In this document: positions 10,375 through 20,595 of the stretch, piece by piece
Numbering within the stretch: position 1 is the first letter of the stretch
How the letters are laid out: the number at the start of each line of letters is the position of its first letter
Position numbers and translations under genes: made by a program
Notes under the pieces: model-generated
The model's input: only the letters and a program-made list of their open reading frames with translations
Told to the model about the DNA's origin: nothing
Databases searched by the model: none
From: an uncultured delta proteobacterium
Lineage (GTDB): Bacteria; Desulfobacterota; Binatia; UBA9968
Direction of reading: 5' to 3'
Assembly: GCA_963771465.1 (NCBI GenBank)
Contig: CAVYTU010000013.1
Coordinates: 352,001 to 416,000, forward strand
DNA: 64,000 bases

Positions 10375-11466
10375 ATGGCGCAAGTGGTTCTTGAGTTTCG
10401 CGCGGTGGTCAAGCGTTTTCAGTCCGTCAACGCCGTCGACGGTGTAAGCTTCTCGCTGCGAGCGGGTGAAATTTTCACCCTACTCGGACCGTCCGGCTGC
10501 GGCAAGACGACTACGCTTAGATTAGTCGCCGGATTGGAAGAACCCGACGATGGCGAGATCTTAATCAACAACGTCGCCGTCGCGGCACCTGGGCTGGGAC
10601 TATTTGTGGCGCCGGAAAAACGCCGGCTTGGCATGGTGTTTCAATCCTACGCGATCTGGCCGCATCTTTCGGTTTTTGAAAACGTCGCTTTCCCGCTGCG
10701 TGTGCGCAAAGAATCGAATGAAAGCGTCCGCCAGCGCGTGCTTCAGGCACTCGAAGTAGTCGGCCTCGGCGGTTTCGCCGAACGCGGCGCGACTCAGTTG
10801 TCCGGCGGCCAGCAGCAGCGCGTCGCGTTGGCGCGCGCGCTGGTGTACGAGCCGGCGATCCTGCTGCTCGACGAGCCGCTATCCAATCTCGATGCCAAAC
10901 TGCGCGAGCAGATGAGAGTCGAGATTCGCGCGCTGCAAAAAAAACTTGGACTTACGGTTCTCTATGTGACCCACGATCAAGCTGAGGCCATGACCTTGTC
11001 GGACCGCATCGCGGTGGTGAACCGCGGCCGCTTCGAACAGATCGGCGCGCCCGAAGAAGTCTATGAAAAGCCTGCCACGCCGTTTGTCGCGGAGTTCTTG
11101 GGACGCACGGTGAGCTTCGAGGGAAAAATCGCCAAGAACGCCGACGGCTGCTGGATCGAGTTCGCCGACGGCGCCGGCCGTTGCGCGCTTGCCGGCGCAA
11201 CGAGTGATGCTTTGACCGACGGCGCTATGGCGAGAGTCTTTACCAGGCCGGAGGATGTGGAAATTTTTACCAGCGACGGGCACGCAGCGAATCAGCTCGC
11301 CGGCATCATCGAGCAAGTCGCCTATCTTGGCGATCGTTTCGAGTATCATGTCAAAGCCGCGGGAGTTTCTTTAGTCTTGCTGGCGCCGAAGAAACAGCGC
11401 TTCAATACCGGTGACGTAATTCATCTCGCCCTGGATTCCGCTCGTCTCAACGTTCGCCCGATCTAG
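10375..11466 (+). CDS. ABC transporter ATP-binding protein (PotA/FbpC-like, TOBE domain)
   Basis: Walker A GPSGCGKT, LSGGQQQR, Walker B LLLDEP, 'VTHDQ.EA'. Confidence 0.95.
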   Translation: MAQVVLEFRAVVKRFQSVNAVDGVSFSLRAGEIFTLLGPSGCGKTTTLRLVAGLEEPDDGEILINNVAVAAPGLGLFVAPEKRRLGMVFQSYAIWPHLSVFENVAFPLRVRKESNESVRQRVLQALEVVGLGGFAERGATQLSGGQQQRVALARALVYEPAILLLDEPLSNLDAKLREQMRVEIRALQKKLGLTVLYVTHDQAEAMTLSDRIAVVNRGRFEQIGAPEEVYEKPATPFVAEFLGRTVSFEGKIAKNADGCWIEFADGAGRCALAGATSDALTDGAMARVFTRPEDVEIFTSDGHAANQLAGIIEQVAYLGDRFEYHVKAAGVSLVLLAPKKQRFNTGDVIHLALDSARLNVRPI

Positions 11467-11472
11467 CTTTGT

Positions 11473-13203
11473 ATGAAAGCGCCGACCGACATACTTCTGC
11501 CGATGACCGGCCGCTTTCGCCTGCGGCCGATTCGCGTCGCCGAATTTTCCTTCTTGATCTTTCTCTTGGTTGTGATGGGTTTGCCGCTGCTGTTTTTGCT
11601 ATCCGGCAGCTTCAATCTTGCCGCGCCGGGCAAGCCGGCGGTCTACGGCTTTGGCAACTGGGTGAGAGCGTTTACCGACAGCGGCACGTTGAGCGCGCTG
11701 TGGATGAGTTTTTTACTCTCCGTCGTGCGGCTCATTCCGGCGATGATTCTTTCGGTGCTGTTCGCCTGGCTGATCGCGCGCACCGACATGCCCGGCGGTA
11801 AATTCATCGAGTCGATCTGCTGGGTTGCTTATTTCGTTCCCGATTTTCCATTGGTTCTCGCGTGGATACTTTTGCTTGATCCGAATTTTGGCTTTCTCAA
11901 TACCATCGGTAAAAACTTGCCCTTTGTCGACGGCGCGCTTTTCAATCCATATAGTTTTTGGGGCATCGTCTGGGTGCACACTTCCACCGGCGGGATTTGG
12001 TTCAAGGTGATGTTGCTGGTGCCGGTGTTTCGCCGCTTGGGCGCGACGTTGGAAGAAGCGGCGCGGGTCGCCGGGGCCAATACGACGACCATGCTCTGGC
12101 GCATCACGTTGCCGGTCTTGGCGCCGATGATTCTAGCGGTGTCGGTGTTGAGCTTTATTCGCGGTCTGCAATCGTTTAACACCGAACTTTTACTCGGTAC
12201 GCCGGCGGGCCTCTACGTTTACTCAACAAAAATTTATGATTTCCTCCACCGCGAGCCGCGCGCTTATGGCGAAGCGACGGCGTTGGGCTCGGTTTTTTTG
12301 TTCGTGCTCGCAATCCTGCTGTTTTTCTACTGGAAGTTTCTCAGTGGCAACAAGAAATTCACCGTCGTGACCGGTCAAGGCTATTCCACGCTGCGCGTCA
12401 AGCTCGGTAAATGGCGCTACGTCGCTTTTGCCAGCTGTCTGCTCTACGTCATTGTCATGATGCTTTTGCCGCTGGCATTTTTGGTGCTCGGCTCGTTCAT
12501 GCGCCGCTACGGCTTTTTCAACATCGCTGCGCCATTTACCGTCAATCACTGGTACAACATGCTGACCGATCCGATCTTTTTGGTCGCCTTGAAAAATAGC
12601 CTGATCATCGCCAGCGTCACCGCCGTCGGTGGCATTATGCTTTATTCCGGGCTCGCCTATTTGCTGGTGTCGCGGCGGACGAAGTTTGCTCCGCTGCTCG
12701 AAAGCCTCTGTTGGATTCCCCATGTGCTGCCGGGGATCTTGCTTAGCCTGAGCGTGCTCTGGTTATTTCTCGCCACGCCGTTGCGCTTTTTTCTCTACGG
12801 CACGGTTTGGGGCATCGCCTTCGCTCTGATCCTCGCCGACAGTCCGGTGACGACACAAGCGTTCAAGGCCGGCTTGCTGCAACTGGGCGGCGACCTGGAA
12901 GAGTCGGCGCGGGTGAGCGGCGCGGGCTGGTTGTACACGTACCGGCGTATTCTTTTGCCACTCCTGGCGCCCATCGCTGCCGCCGTCGGCTTGATGAATT
13001 TCGGCAGCGCCTTGACCAGCATCAGCACTCCCGTGCTACTCTACAGCCACGAATCGCGGCCGCTGGCGATTTTATTGCTCGAATACAGTTTTACCGGCGA
13101 GCTCGAACGGGCCGCGGCGCTCGGTCTGCTGATTACGTTGATCATTGGCACGATGATGCTGATCGGCAGGAAATTTGGCCTGAAACTTTCGGGCAACGAT
13201 TAA
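11473..13203 (+). CDS. ABC transporter permease (FbpB-like, two fused modules)
   Basis: About 12 hydrophobic segments and two EAA loops ('LEEAARVAGA', 'LEESARVSGA'). Confidence 0.92.
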   Translation: MKAPTDILLPMTGRFRLRPIRVAEFSFLIFLLVVMGLPLLFLLSGSFNLAAPGKPAVYGFGNWVRAFTDSGTLSALWMSFLLSVVRLIPAMILSVLFAWLIARTDMPGGKFIESICWVAYFVPDFPLVLAWILLLDPNFGFLNTIGKNLPFVDGALFNPYSFWGIVWVHTSTGGIWFKVMLLVPVFRRLGATLEEAARVAGANTTTMLWRITLPVLAPMILAVSVLSFIRGLQSFNTELLLGTPAGLYVYSTKIYDFLHREPRAYGEATALGSVFLFVLAILLFFYWKFLSGNKKFTVVTGQGYSTLRVKLGKWRYVAFASCLLYVIVMMLLPLAFLVLGSFMRRYGFFNIAAPFTVNHWYNMLTDPIFLVALKNSLIIASVTAVGGIMLYSGLAYLLVSRRTKFAPLLESLCWIPHVLPGILLSLSVLWLFLATPLRFFLYGTVWGIAFALILADSPVTTQAFKAGLLQLGGDLEESARVSGAGWLYTYRRILLPLLAPIAAAVGLMNFGSALTSISTPVLLYSHESRPLAILLLEYSFTGELERAAALGLLITLIIGTMMLIGRKFGLKLSGND

Positions 13204-13241
13204 CATAAAATACAATGAGAACAGTGCGGAGGACAATTCAG

Positions 13242-14340
13242 ATGGAATCGAATACTCGTGGCCGTGCTCGTATTGGTGTTGGGAGGATACGACGCCGCGC
13301 GGGCGCAGACCAAGGCGAGCGACAAAGAGTGGGCGGCGATCGTCGAGGCAGCGAAGAAGGAAGGCAAGGTCGTAGTCGCCGGCTCGCCCGATCCGGTGAT
13401 GCGCAACGACGTTATTCCAAAATTCACCGCGCGCTTTGGCATTCCCATCGAGTTCATCGCCGGCCGTTCGAGCCAGATCGTGTCGCGGGTCGAGACCGAA
13501 CGGGCTTCGGGCATCTTCAGCATCGACCTTTATCTCGCCGGGCCCGACACCTCGGCCAACGAGCTTTACAACGGTAAGATGATCGATCCGCTCAGGCCAC
13601 TGCTCGTCATGCCCGAAGTGGTCGACGGTTCGAAGTGGAAGAGCGGCAAAGTATGGTTGGCCGATCCGCAAGAACAATTCGTCGTGCGCGCGTTTAACAG
13701 CATCGCGTCATTGCTGTTTGTCAACACCGATCATGTAAAAACCGATGAGATGCGCCATATCAAGGATCTGCTCAATCCCAAATGGCGCGGCAAGATTTCC
13801 GCCGAAGATCCGACCACCACGGGGGCTGGCGCCAATATGGCCGCGCGGCTTTATAGCCAAATCGGCGAGGAGTTCGTCAAGAATCTCTATATTGAACAAA
13901 AGGTCGTGCCCACTCGCGAGCGGCGCCAAATGTCGGACTGGCTGGCTCGCGGCACCCAGCCGATCTGTCTCAATTGCCGCGAGGACGACGTCCGGCCGTT
14001 GGTCAAAGACGGGTTTAAGATTTTGGAGATCTTCGAGCTAAACGGCATCCCAGGTACGATCAACGGTTCGCCATGGATGCTGACGTTGGCCAACAAGGCG
14101 CCGCACCCAAAAGCGGCGCAGGTGTTCGCCAATTGGATTCTCTCGAAGGAAGGCTTGGAGACTTATGCCAAGGGTTATGGCTCGGCGACTCTACGCGCGG
14201 ATATCGATGAGTCCTATCTCAACCCGGGCAATCTGCCGAAGAAAGGTGTCAAATATTTCGACGATACCGATTGGAAATGGATCGTCGGCGGGCGCCACGA
14301 AAACCGTGAGAAGGCTTGGAAGGTTTTGAAGGCGAAGTAG
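13242..14340 (+). CDS. ABC solute-binding protein, paralogue of 9200..10303; probable extra G after the start codon
   Basis: GGAGGA RBS precedes ATG13242. Removing one G gives the signal peptide MNRILVAVLVLVLGG in frame with ORF 13258. Shares 'PLL..PEVVDGSKW' with the upstream SBP. Confidence 0.85.
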
Positions 14341-14347
14341 AATAGCA

Positions 14348-14383
14348 AGTTCGATACGTACCAGCAGTTCAAATCGTTGCGGC
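14348..14383 (+). repeat. 9-bp-period array (AGTTCGATA CGTACCAGC AGTTCAAAT CGTTGCGGC)
   Basis: Starts 8 nt after the SBP stop. Confidence 0.55.
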
Positions 14384-14433
14384 AAATTCAGTTGAAAAAA
14401 CTATAGATAAAAAAAAGAAAGGTACGAGACAGC

Positions 14434-15366
14434 ATGGCAAAAAAAATCAAAATTCACTATCGAGCGCCAAGTCATGTGCCACTGTGGAAGGTGATGGAAG
14501 TGGGCGGCTTTCTGGCAAAGCATGGATTGGAGATGGACATGGGATCGCTCGAAGGGCAACGCAAGCAAGCCACCGAGGGTTTGAAAGCCGGCACCCTCGA
14601 CGTAGTGTCGGGCAATCACCACAACTTATACGCCTTCAAAGCGCTGCACGGCGACCCGTATGTCCATATCGCCCAGAGCAACAATTCTTGGCGGGAGAAT
14701 TTTCTGGTGTGCGGCAAGGGAGTTGACGGCTTGAAAGATCTCAAGGGCAAAAAAGTCGCGATGGACGATTATGACGGCCACACGGGATTGAACGTCTGGC
14801 TTTATCTCAGACTCAACGGTCTGGAAGAAGGGCGCGATGTCGAGCTGGTGACCGACCCGGTTAAAGGCACCGAACGCGCCAAAGCGGTGCTGGAAGGCAA
14901 GTACGACGCGACGTTCATCCGCGCCGTCGACCGCCTGCGCGCGCTCAAGTTCGGCGCCAAGATTATCGAAGTAGCGCCCATGGCGATGATCGAAGGGGTG
15001 ACCTTGACGACGACCACGACCTACGTGAAACATCACGAAGAAGAATGCCGCTCGCTGATCATGGCGATGATCGACGGCACGCATTTTTTCAAGACCAACA
15101 AAGCCGACACCGTGAAGATCGTCAAAGAACATTGCTCGGAGCTGCTCAAGATGCGCAGCGACGAGGAATGGGATTGCTTCTACGACAACCAAGTGACGTC
15201 GTTGGAAAGCGTGCCCTATCCATCTCTAGAGGCGATTCAAAACGTCTTTGCCCTGGCGGTCAAGCGCGACCCGGAAATCAAAGAATACAATCCTCTGGCG
15301 CTGTGGGATTTGCACTACGTAAAAGAGCTCGATGACAGCGGCTATGTTCGTAAGCTCTATGCGTAA
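14434..15366 (+). CDS. NMT1/THI5-like binding-protein-fold protein lacking a signal peptide
   Basis: 'DLKGKKVA', 'GLEEGRDVELV', 'YVKELDDSGYVRKLY'; the N-terminus has no hydrophobic core. Confidence 0.75.
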   Translation: MAKKIKIHYRAPSHVPLWKVMEVGGFLAKHGLEMDMGSLEGQRKQATEGLKAGTLDVVSGNHHNLYAFKALHGDPYVHIAQSNNSWRENFLVCGKGVDGLKDLKGKKVAMDDYDGHTGLNVWLYLRLNGLEEGRDVELVTDPVKGTERAKAVLEGKYDATFIRAVDRLRALKFGAKIIEVAPMAMIEGVTLTTTTTYVKHHEEECRSLIMAMIDGTHFFKTNKADTVKIVKEHCSELLKMRSDEEWDCFYDNQVTSLESVPYPSLEAIQNVFALAVKRDPEIKEYNPLALWDLHYVKELDDSGYVRKLYA

Positions 15367-15400
15367 GTGATACATTATTCAAATGTTGCGCGCTAACAAA

Positions 15401-15435
15401 GGGGACGCCGGAGTCATCGATGGGTCCCCGTTTTT
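15401..15435 (+). terminator. Putative intrinsic terminator
   Basis: GGGGAC...GTCCCC stem followed by GTTTTT. Confidence 0.5.
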
Positions 15436-15593
15436 GAGTTCGATTCCGAGTGCTGTGTATTCGCTTGTTGGCTCGTTGACAACACCGAACGTGTATATTA
15501 CCGCTATGCCGCCGTTGATGCTTACGCGTCAAGACGGCGTGGTAAACCTTACTCATGCTTAGAGCTGGCTAGTCAAATATTTGGAGGTATGCC

Positions 15594-16718
15594 GTGAAAA
15601 TCAATTTTATCAAACTCTGGGTTACTTCTATCGTTATGCTCGGGCTGCCGATCGCTGTGCTCAGCGCATACGCCGCGTCAGCCAATCCGACGCTGGCAAA
15701 GGCCAAGCAAGAAGCCGAAGCGAAAGGATTCATCTTCGCAGCCAGTCAGGAAGAGATCATCGCCAACGCCAAAAAAGAAGGCAAACTGCGCGTCATGGGC
15801 TCCCTTGACGCCCGAACCTTGAAAGCTCTGAATGAGGCGTTCCGCAAGAAGTATCCATTTATCGATTCAAACGCTCAAGAAATCGCCGGCACGGACAACT
15901 ACATCCGCATGATTCAAGAAATGAAGGCGGGTATGGCTAAGAGTTGGGACGTCAATTACGTCGCCTTCGACATGTATCCCGAGTACGTGCCGTTCCAGAA
16001 AAAGTTCGACATATTGGGCATGGCGCAACAGGGTGTGGTGCGAATCCCACAGAAGATGATCGACCCGGTCAATCGTCACGTGGTAGTCGTAGCCAGTGAC
16101 CTCCAGGCGGTCGCGTTCAATAAGAAGCTATTGCCGGCTGAAAAAATTCCCAATACCTGGGAAGGTTTTCTGCGGGAAGAGTTCAGCGGCAGAAAATTCA
16201 TGCTCGACATTCGCCCCAAGGATGTCGCGTCGCTCATCCCAGTGTGGGGAATGGAAAAAACGGTGGACTTCGCGCGCAAGCTGGCGGCGCAAAAGCCGGT
16301 GTGGATCAGGGGCAACAGTCGAGCGCTGACAATGATTCAGGCGGGCGAATATAGCACGCTTGTCGGTCCCAATCTGGCGACTGCCATGGAGGTCGAGAAA
16401 AAAGATCCGAACATCGGCTACAAAATCATCGAGCCCGTGCCGACCCGGCTCAACGAAGCGCAAAGCGTCCTCGGCGCGGCGAGCAATCCGTACTCAGGTC
16501 TTTTATGGTTGGAGTTTATCTGTTCTCCCGCGGGGCAAGCGATCATAGACCAGTATGAGCCCTATGGCGCATCTTATCTCACCGCCGGCTCGGTCCAGGA
16601 GAAGATTGTGCGTGGATTGAAACTGTCGGTTGTCGACTGGGAGCATATTACCAAGCTCGAAGATTACCAAAAGAAAATCACCGAGGCCTATGGTTTTCCA
16701 CGAGCCGATTCGAAATAG
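15594..16718 (+). CDS. ABC transporter extracellular solute-binding protein
   Basis: GGAGG RBS with GTG start, signal peptide, 'ANAKKEGKL', 'FRKKYPFI', 'IPNTWE'. Confidence 0.8.
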   Translation: MKINFIKLWVTSIVMLGLPIAVLSAYAASANPTLAKAKQEAEAKGFIFAASQEEIIANAKKEGKLRVMGSLDARTLKALNEAFRKKYPFIDSNAQEIAGTDNYIRMIQEMKAGMAKSWDVNYVAFDMYPEYVPFQKKFDILGMAQQGVVRIPQKMIDPVNRHVVVVASDLQAVAFNKKLLPAEKIPNTWEGFLREEFSGRKFMLDIRPKDVASLIPVWGMEKTVDFARKLAAQKPVWIRGNSRALTMIQAGEYSTLVGPNLATAMEVEKKDPNIGYKIIEPVPTRLNEAQSVLGAASNPYSGLLWLEFICSPAGQAIIDQYEPYGASYLTAGSVQEKIVRGLKLSVVDWEHITKLEDYQKKITEAYGFPRADSK

Positions 16719-16957
16719 TTTCCGGCATTGATGCGGCTAAATGTAGGTTGCGATAAAAACGTCGAGTTGTAGATAGTTGCCCCCGATATCCTGGCCATTT
16801 CGCCTCGATGCGGTAAACCCGTTCGTCAAGGTGAGCGCATATATTTCTGTGGCGTAATTTTATTGCCTGGTGCGCCGCGAAAGTAAGTGTGATGCGGTGT
16901 GACGCCTTGTGTGGTGTTTCCGCAATCGGTTGGATTCAAGCTCGAAGCCGATAAATC

Positions 16958-17512
16958 ATGCAGCAACCCGAGTCCAATAAGCCAAGCGTCAGCCGCTTGG
17001 AGTTGTTCCTTACATTCTCGCGGATTACCCTATCGAGTTTTGGCGGCGCGTTATTCTGGGCGCGGCTGGGGCTGGTGGAGCGGCAGCGCTGGCTGAGCGA
17101 GCGCGAGTTTGCCGAGTTGTTAACCCTTGGACAACTCCTGCCTGGGCCCAACGTACTCAACCTGACGGTGCTGGTCGGCTATCGTTTCGCCGGCTGGAGC
17201 GGCGCCGCAGCGGCTGTCTCGGGTTACTTAATTTGGCCGTTTCTCGTCGTCATCGGTATGGGCATGGCATATCAGCACTACGGCGCGTTGCCACAGGTGC
17301 GCCAAGCGCTCGCCGGCATGTCGACCGTTGCCGCGGGTCTATTGCTCGCCACCGTGATCAAGCTGGCGATGGTGTTGCCGCGACGGTGGCGGCCGTGGAT
17401 CTTTGGAGCGTTTGCGTTTGCCGGCATCGGCTTGCTGCGCTGGCCGCTACTATGGGTCATCGGCGCACTCGCGCCTTGCGCAGTCTTCATGGCGTGGCGA
17501 GCGAGGGATTGA
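16958..17512 (+). CDS. Short-chain chromate transporter (CHR) subunit 1
   Basis: 'SSFGG', 'LVERQRWLSEREF', 'GQLLPGPN'. Confidence 0.9.
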   Translation: MQQPESNKPSVSRLELFLTFSRITLSSFGGALFWARLGLVERQRWLSEREFAELLTLGQLLPGPNVLNLTVLVGYRFAGWSGAAAAVSGYLIWPFLVVIGMGMAYQHYGALPQVRQALAGMSTVAAGLLLATVIKLAMVLPRRWRPWIFGAFAFAGIGLLRWPLLWVIGALAPCAVFMAWRARD

Positions 17513-18039
17513 TGGATCGTGTCGATCTCGGCGCACTGTTTCTTCATTTTCTCGCCCTGTGGTGTGTCGCTGTCGGCGGACCGTCGGCGATATTGCCGGA
17601 TATTCACCGTTACGTTGTCGAGGTGAATCACCTATTGACCAACCGGGAATTCGCCGAGATCTACACCTTGGCGCAGGTGGCGCCCGGTCCTAACGTCATG
17701 TATGTGACTTTGATTGGCTGGCACCTGGCCGGCTGGGCCGGCGCTGCCGCGACCACAGTTCCACTACTGGTGCCGGCAACCACGCTGACGTTACTCGTCG
17801 GACATCTCAACGAGCGCTATCCCAACGCGGCGATTTTCCGCGCCGTTCGCAGCGGTCTAATGCCGATCACGATCGGACTGATGTTCGCCAGCGCGACGAT
17901 ACTGATGCGCACGGTGAACCACGACTGGCGCGGCTACTTGATTTCGCTGCTCACTGCCGCCGTGGTGTTGGGCAGGCCATGGAATCCATTGTGGCTGCTC
18001 GGCGCCGGCGCGCTGGCCGGCGTGCTCGGGTTTGTGTGA
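17512..18039 (+). CDS. Short-chain chromate transporter (CHR) subunit 2
   Basis: ATG overlaps the previous TGA; 'AVGG', 'AQVAPGPNV'. Confidence 0.9.
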   Translation: MDRVDLGALFLHFLALWCVAVGGPSAILPDIHRYVVEVNHLLTNREFAEIYTLAQVAPGPNVMYVTLIGWHLAGWAGAAATTVPLLVPATTLTLLVGHLNERYPNAAIFRAVRSGLMPITIGLMFASATILMRTVNHDWRGYLISLLTAAVVLGRPWNPLWLLGAGALAGVLGFV

Positions 18040-18156
18040 GTAGAATTGGCGCTGGTACGATTCGAACGGCCGCTGTTTTAACGAGCGGCGAGCCGCGAAT
18101 CAGCCATCCGCCAATCACTTATTACGCTGGAACCGCCACGCAACAAAACTCCAGCG

Positions 18157-18561
18157 CTATTCGGCGATCTCGTCATAGCCTCGCCCGACGAACTGGACGA
18201 AACAGAAACCGTGGCCGAAGGGATCAGCCATAAGCGCTAGCTTGCCCCACTTGTGCATGGCGATGGGTTGCTCTAGGCGCGCGCCGGCAGATGCCGCTCG
18301 CTCAACCGCCGGTTCGATTTCATCGACGACAAAATCAAGATGCGCCGGCGTCCAATGGCGCTGGTAACTTCGAAGCTGCTGAGTTGTATCCGCGGCCGGC
18401 GTGCCAGCTGATTTGACAAGCAGGTAGATTGGCGCCGTGCTCCCGAGCATTTCCACTCCAACGGCTCCAAAGCGACGGCCAACCTTCAATGCAAACGCAG
18501 AACTGTAGAAGCGGATTGCCTTCTCGAGATCGTCAACGTCGAGATTTACCAAGAGATCCAT
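18157..18561 (-). CDS. VOC/glyoxalase family protein
   Basis: 'VDDLEKAIRFY', 'HLDFVV', 'ADPFGHGFC'. Confidence 0.88.
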   Translation of the reverse strand: MDLLVNLDVDDLEKAIRFYSSAFALKVGRRFGAVGVEMLGSTAPIYLLVKSAGTPAADTTQQLRSYQRHWTPAHLDFVVDEIEPAVERAASAGARLEQPIAMHKWGKLALMADPFGHGFCFVQFVGRGYDEIAE

Positions 18562-18586
18562 GTCCCATTGTCCGCCGCCGCTGATT

Positions 18587-18934
18587 TCACAACGAGCGTC
18601 CGTCGAAGTGCTGCACCGGGACTTTTTCTAGTTCGATCCCTTCGAGACAGCGAATGTTGATTGCGGCCGTCTGATTTCCCTTGGCATCGGCGCCTTCGCC
18701 GTAGGGGTGAATACCGCAAGTCCGGCAAAAGCGGTGCTTGATGACGTGCTTGTTGAATGTGTATGTGCCGAGGTCGTTTTCCGAGGTGAGCAAGCGGAAC
18801 TGTTCGCGCGGCACAAACCACAAAAGAGATCCCTTGCGGGAACACATCGAGCAATTGCATGCCATCGCGCCATTGAGTTCGCCTTCTACCTCGAACGATA
18901 TTTTGCCGCAGTGGCAGCTTCCTTGGTATTTCAT
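18587..18934 (-). CDS. GFA (glutathione-dependent formaldehyde-activating/CENP-V) family protein
   Basis: 'GSCHCG', 'CNCSMC', 'FCRTCG'; AGGAG RBS before ATG18934. Confidence 0.9.
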   Translation of the reverse strand: MKYQGSCHCGKISFEVEGELNGAMACNCSMCSRKGSLLWFVPREQFRLLTSENDLGTYTFNKHVIKHRFCRTCGIHPYGEGADAKGNQTAAINIRCLEGIELEKVPVQHFDGRSL

Positions 18935-19053
18935 GGGTGCTCTCCTTAAGCGTCGTTGGCGGATTGCGGAAAGCTTTTCGAAAACATCTTTCCTGCGAAT
19001 CAAATTCTGCTTGGCATCGGCGCCAAGGTCAAGACTCTAGTGACTGCGTCGGT

Positions 19054-19425
19054 CTAAACGCGAGACGATGTTGGTGTCAGGCGCCAGCGGCCGTAGGCGA
19101 CGAACGCGCAAAGGATTCCCGTCACAAACGGCATCAGCGCCATTACGATCCCCGCTGTCATTATCGTAATCACGGTGGCGCCGATCATGATGATCAGCAG
19201 ACCGGCGGCGGCGAGCGGCGTCAGGCCGGGTCGAATGCGCAAAAGCCAAGGTAGGATCAGACCGATGGCGCCGAGCACCTCGGCGACGCCGAGGAAGCGC
19301 AGGAACAAACCCGGCAGTGGGAAGTCCTTTGTCATCTCCTCGATGGGCAGGATCAGTTTCGTGCCGCCGGCGAACAAGAAGAGCGCAGCGAGCAATCCTT
19401 GGATAATCCAGAGCGCAACGTTCAT
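19054..19425 (-). CDS. DoxX-like membrane protein
   Basis: 'ALWIIQGLLAALFLFAG..KL', 'EVLGAIGLILP', 'LAAAGL..IMIGA'. Confidence 0.85.
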   Translation of the reverse strand: MNVALWIIQGLLAALFLFAGGTKLILPIEEMTKDFPLPGLFLRFLGVAEVLGAIGLILPWLLRIRPGLTPLAAAGLLIIMIGATVITIMTAGIVMALMPFVTGILCAFVAYGRWRLTPTSSRV

Positions 19426-19554
19426 GGTCGGTGTCCTCCTAGATGATTCGCCGCGTTGCCGCGCGACGGACAGTGTTGTTTGTTGTCATTTGTTTTCCCG
19501 CGTCAACCATTCGTCGTATTAATTTCAGCCGCTGTTGATTGAACCAGCGCCGCG

Positions 19555-20094
19555 CTATCGCTTGGCTGGCGCTTCCACCAGCGATTTTATTTGCGTCAGA
19601 CCCTTCTCGAATTGGCCGCCGATCATTTTATCCATGTTGATGAACAGGTGAATCGCCTTGGCCATGAAATTGTTTTCGCCGGTCATACTCCATGTCACGG
19701 CAGTTTGATTGCCCTCCGGCTTGAAAGTGAACTCGGCGATACTGTTGCCTGCGAAGGGTTTGAAGAATTCCATTTTGATCCGGATCAGATCGTTCGGCCG
19801 GCTCTCAATTATTGTCATGCGTCCTTCGCCAACTTCTTTATTGCCGACCCATGTGTAAACGGCGCCGATTCCGGCCGGTGTGCCTTGGTAGCTATGCTTC
19901 ATCGCCGGATCGATTTTGCCCCAGGGATTCCATGCTTCCCATTTGTGGAAATCGTTCACCTGGGCAAATACCGCCTGCGCAGGGGCGGAGATGGTGGCGC
20001 TGCGCGCGACGCGATATTGCGCCGGCTGCATGGCCACGATGATGAGAAAGACAACTATGATAACGGCGAGAGCGATGAGAATTATTTCAAGCAT
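19555..20094 (-). CDS. SRPBCC/polyketide cyclase family protein with an N-terminal membrane anchor
   Basis: 'YRVARS.TI.AP...VF..VNDF.KW..WNPW', 'MIG..FEKGL'. Confidence 0.85.
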   Translation of the reverse strand: MLEIILIALAVIIVVFLIIVAMQPAQYRVARSATISAPAQAVFAQVNDFHKWEAWNPWGKIDPAMKHSYQGTPAGIGAVYTWVGNKEVGEGRMTIIESRPNDLIRIKMEFFKPFAGNSIAEFTFKPEGNQTAVTWSMTGENNFMAKAIHLFINMDKMIGGQFEKGLTQIKSLVEAPAKR

Positions 20095-20173
20095 GATATT
20101 TTGTTCTCGAGTGCCTGACCGTGCCACCCTAAAATAGGGTGGAAGACAAGCCGCCCGCTGCTGCCCCTTTCCT

Positions 20174-20578
20174 CTATCGTGTCTGATTGTGGCGCGTGGT
20201 TTTGGCAAGCTTGCCATCGGCGTTGAAAGTACGCCATGCGCCAACCCGCTTGTCGTTGCGGTATTCGCCCTCGTCATAAAGCGCGCCGTTGGGATGGTAT
20301 CTTTTCCACACACCGGCTTTCTTTTCATCATCAAACGAACCGGTCTGCATCAATTGCCCATTCTCGCGATACCATTTCCATTCGCCCGTCATTTTGCCAT
20401 TGGCATATTCGCCAATGGCTTTAAGTGATCCGTTACGCAGATAATATTTCCACTCGCCGGTCTTCTCGCCGTTGTGAAACTCGCCGACGCACGACAGGGC
20501 GCCGTCTTTGAAGAATTCTTTAAATATGCCGTTCTTGAGCCGGCCCCCAGTGTCGAATTTGCTCTTGTCCAACTTCAT
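20174..20578 (-). CDS. MORN-variant repeat (YwqK-like) protein
   Basis: Repeated 'G.W..Y..NG.L...G.Y' units. Confidence 0.8.
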   Translation of the reverse strand: MKLDKSKFDTGGRLKNGIFKEFFKDGALSCVGEFHNGEKTGEWKYYLRNGSLKAIGEYANGKMTGEWKWYRENGQLMQTGSFDDEKKAGVWKRYHPNGALYDEGEYRNDKRVGAWRTFNADGKLAKTTRHNQTR

Positions 20579-20595
20579 CGGGCATCAGTGCGTTC

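Noticed and set aside
17233-17511. N-terminal extension of the second chromate transporter
   Set aside because: It overlaps subunit 1 out of frame; the coupled ATG at 17512 fits the family length.
20095-20334. N-terminal extension of the SRPBCC ORF
   Set aside because: It overlaps the MORN gene; the family-like sequence starts at ATG20094.
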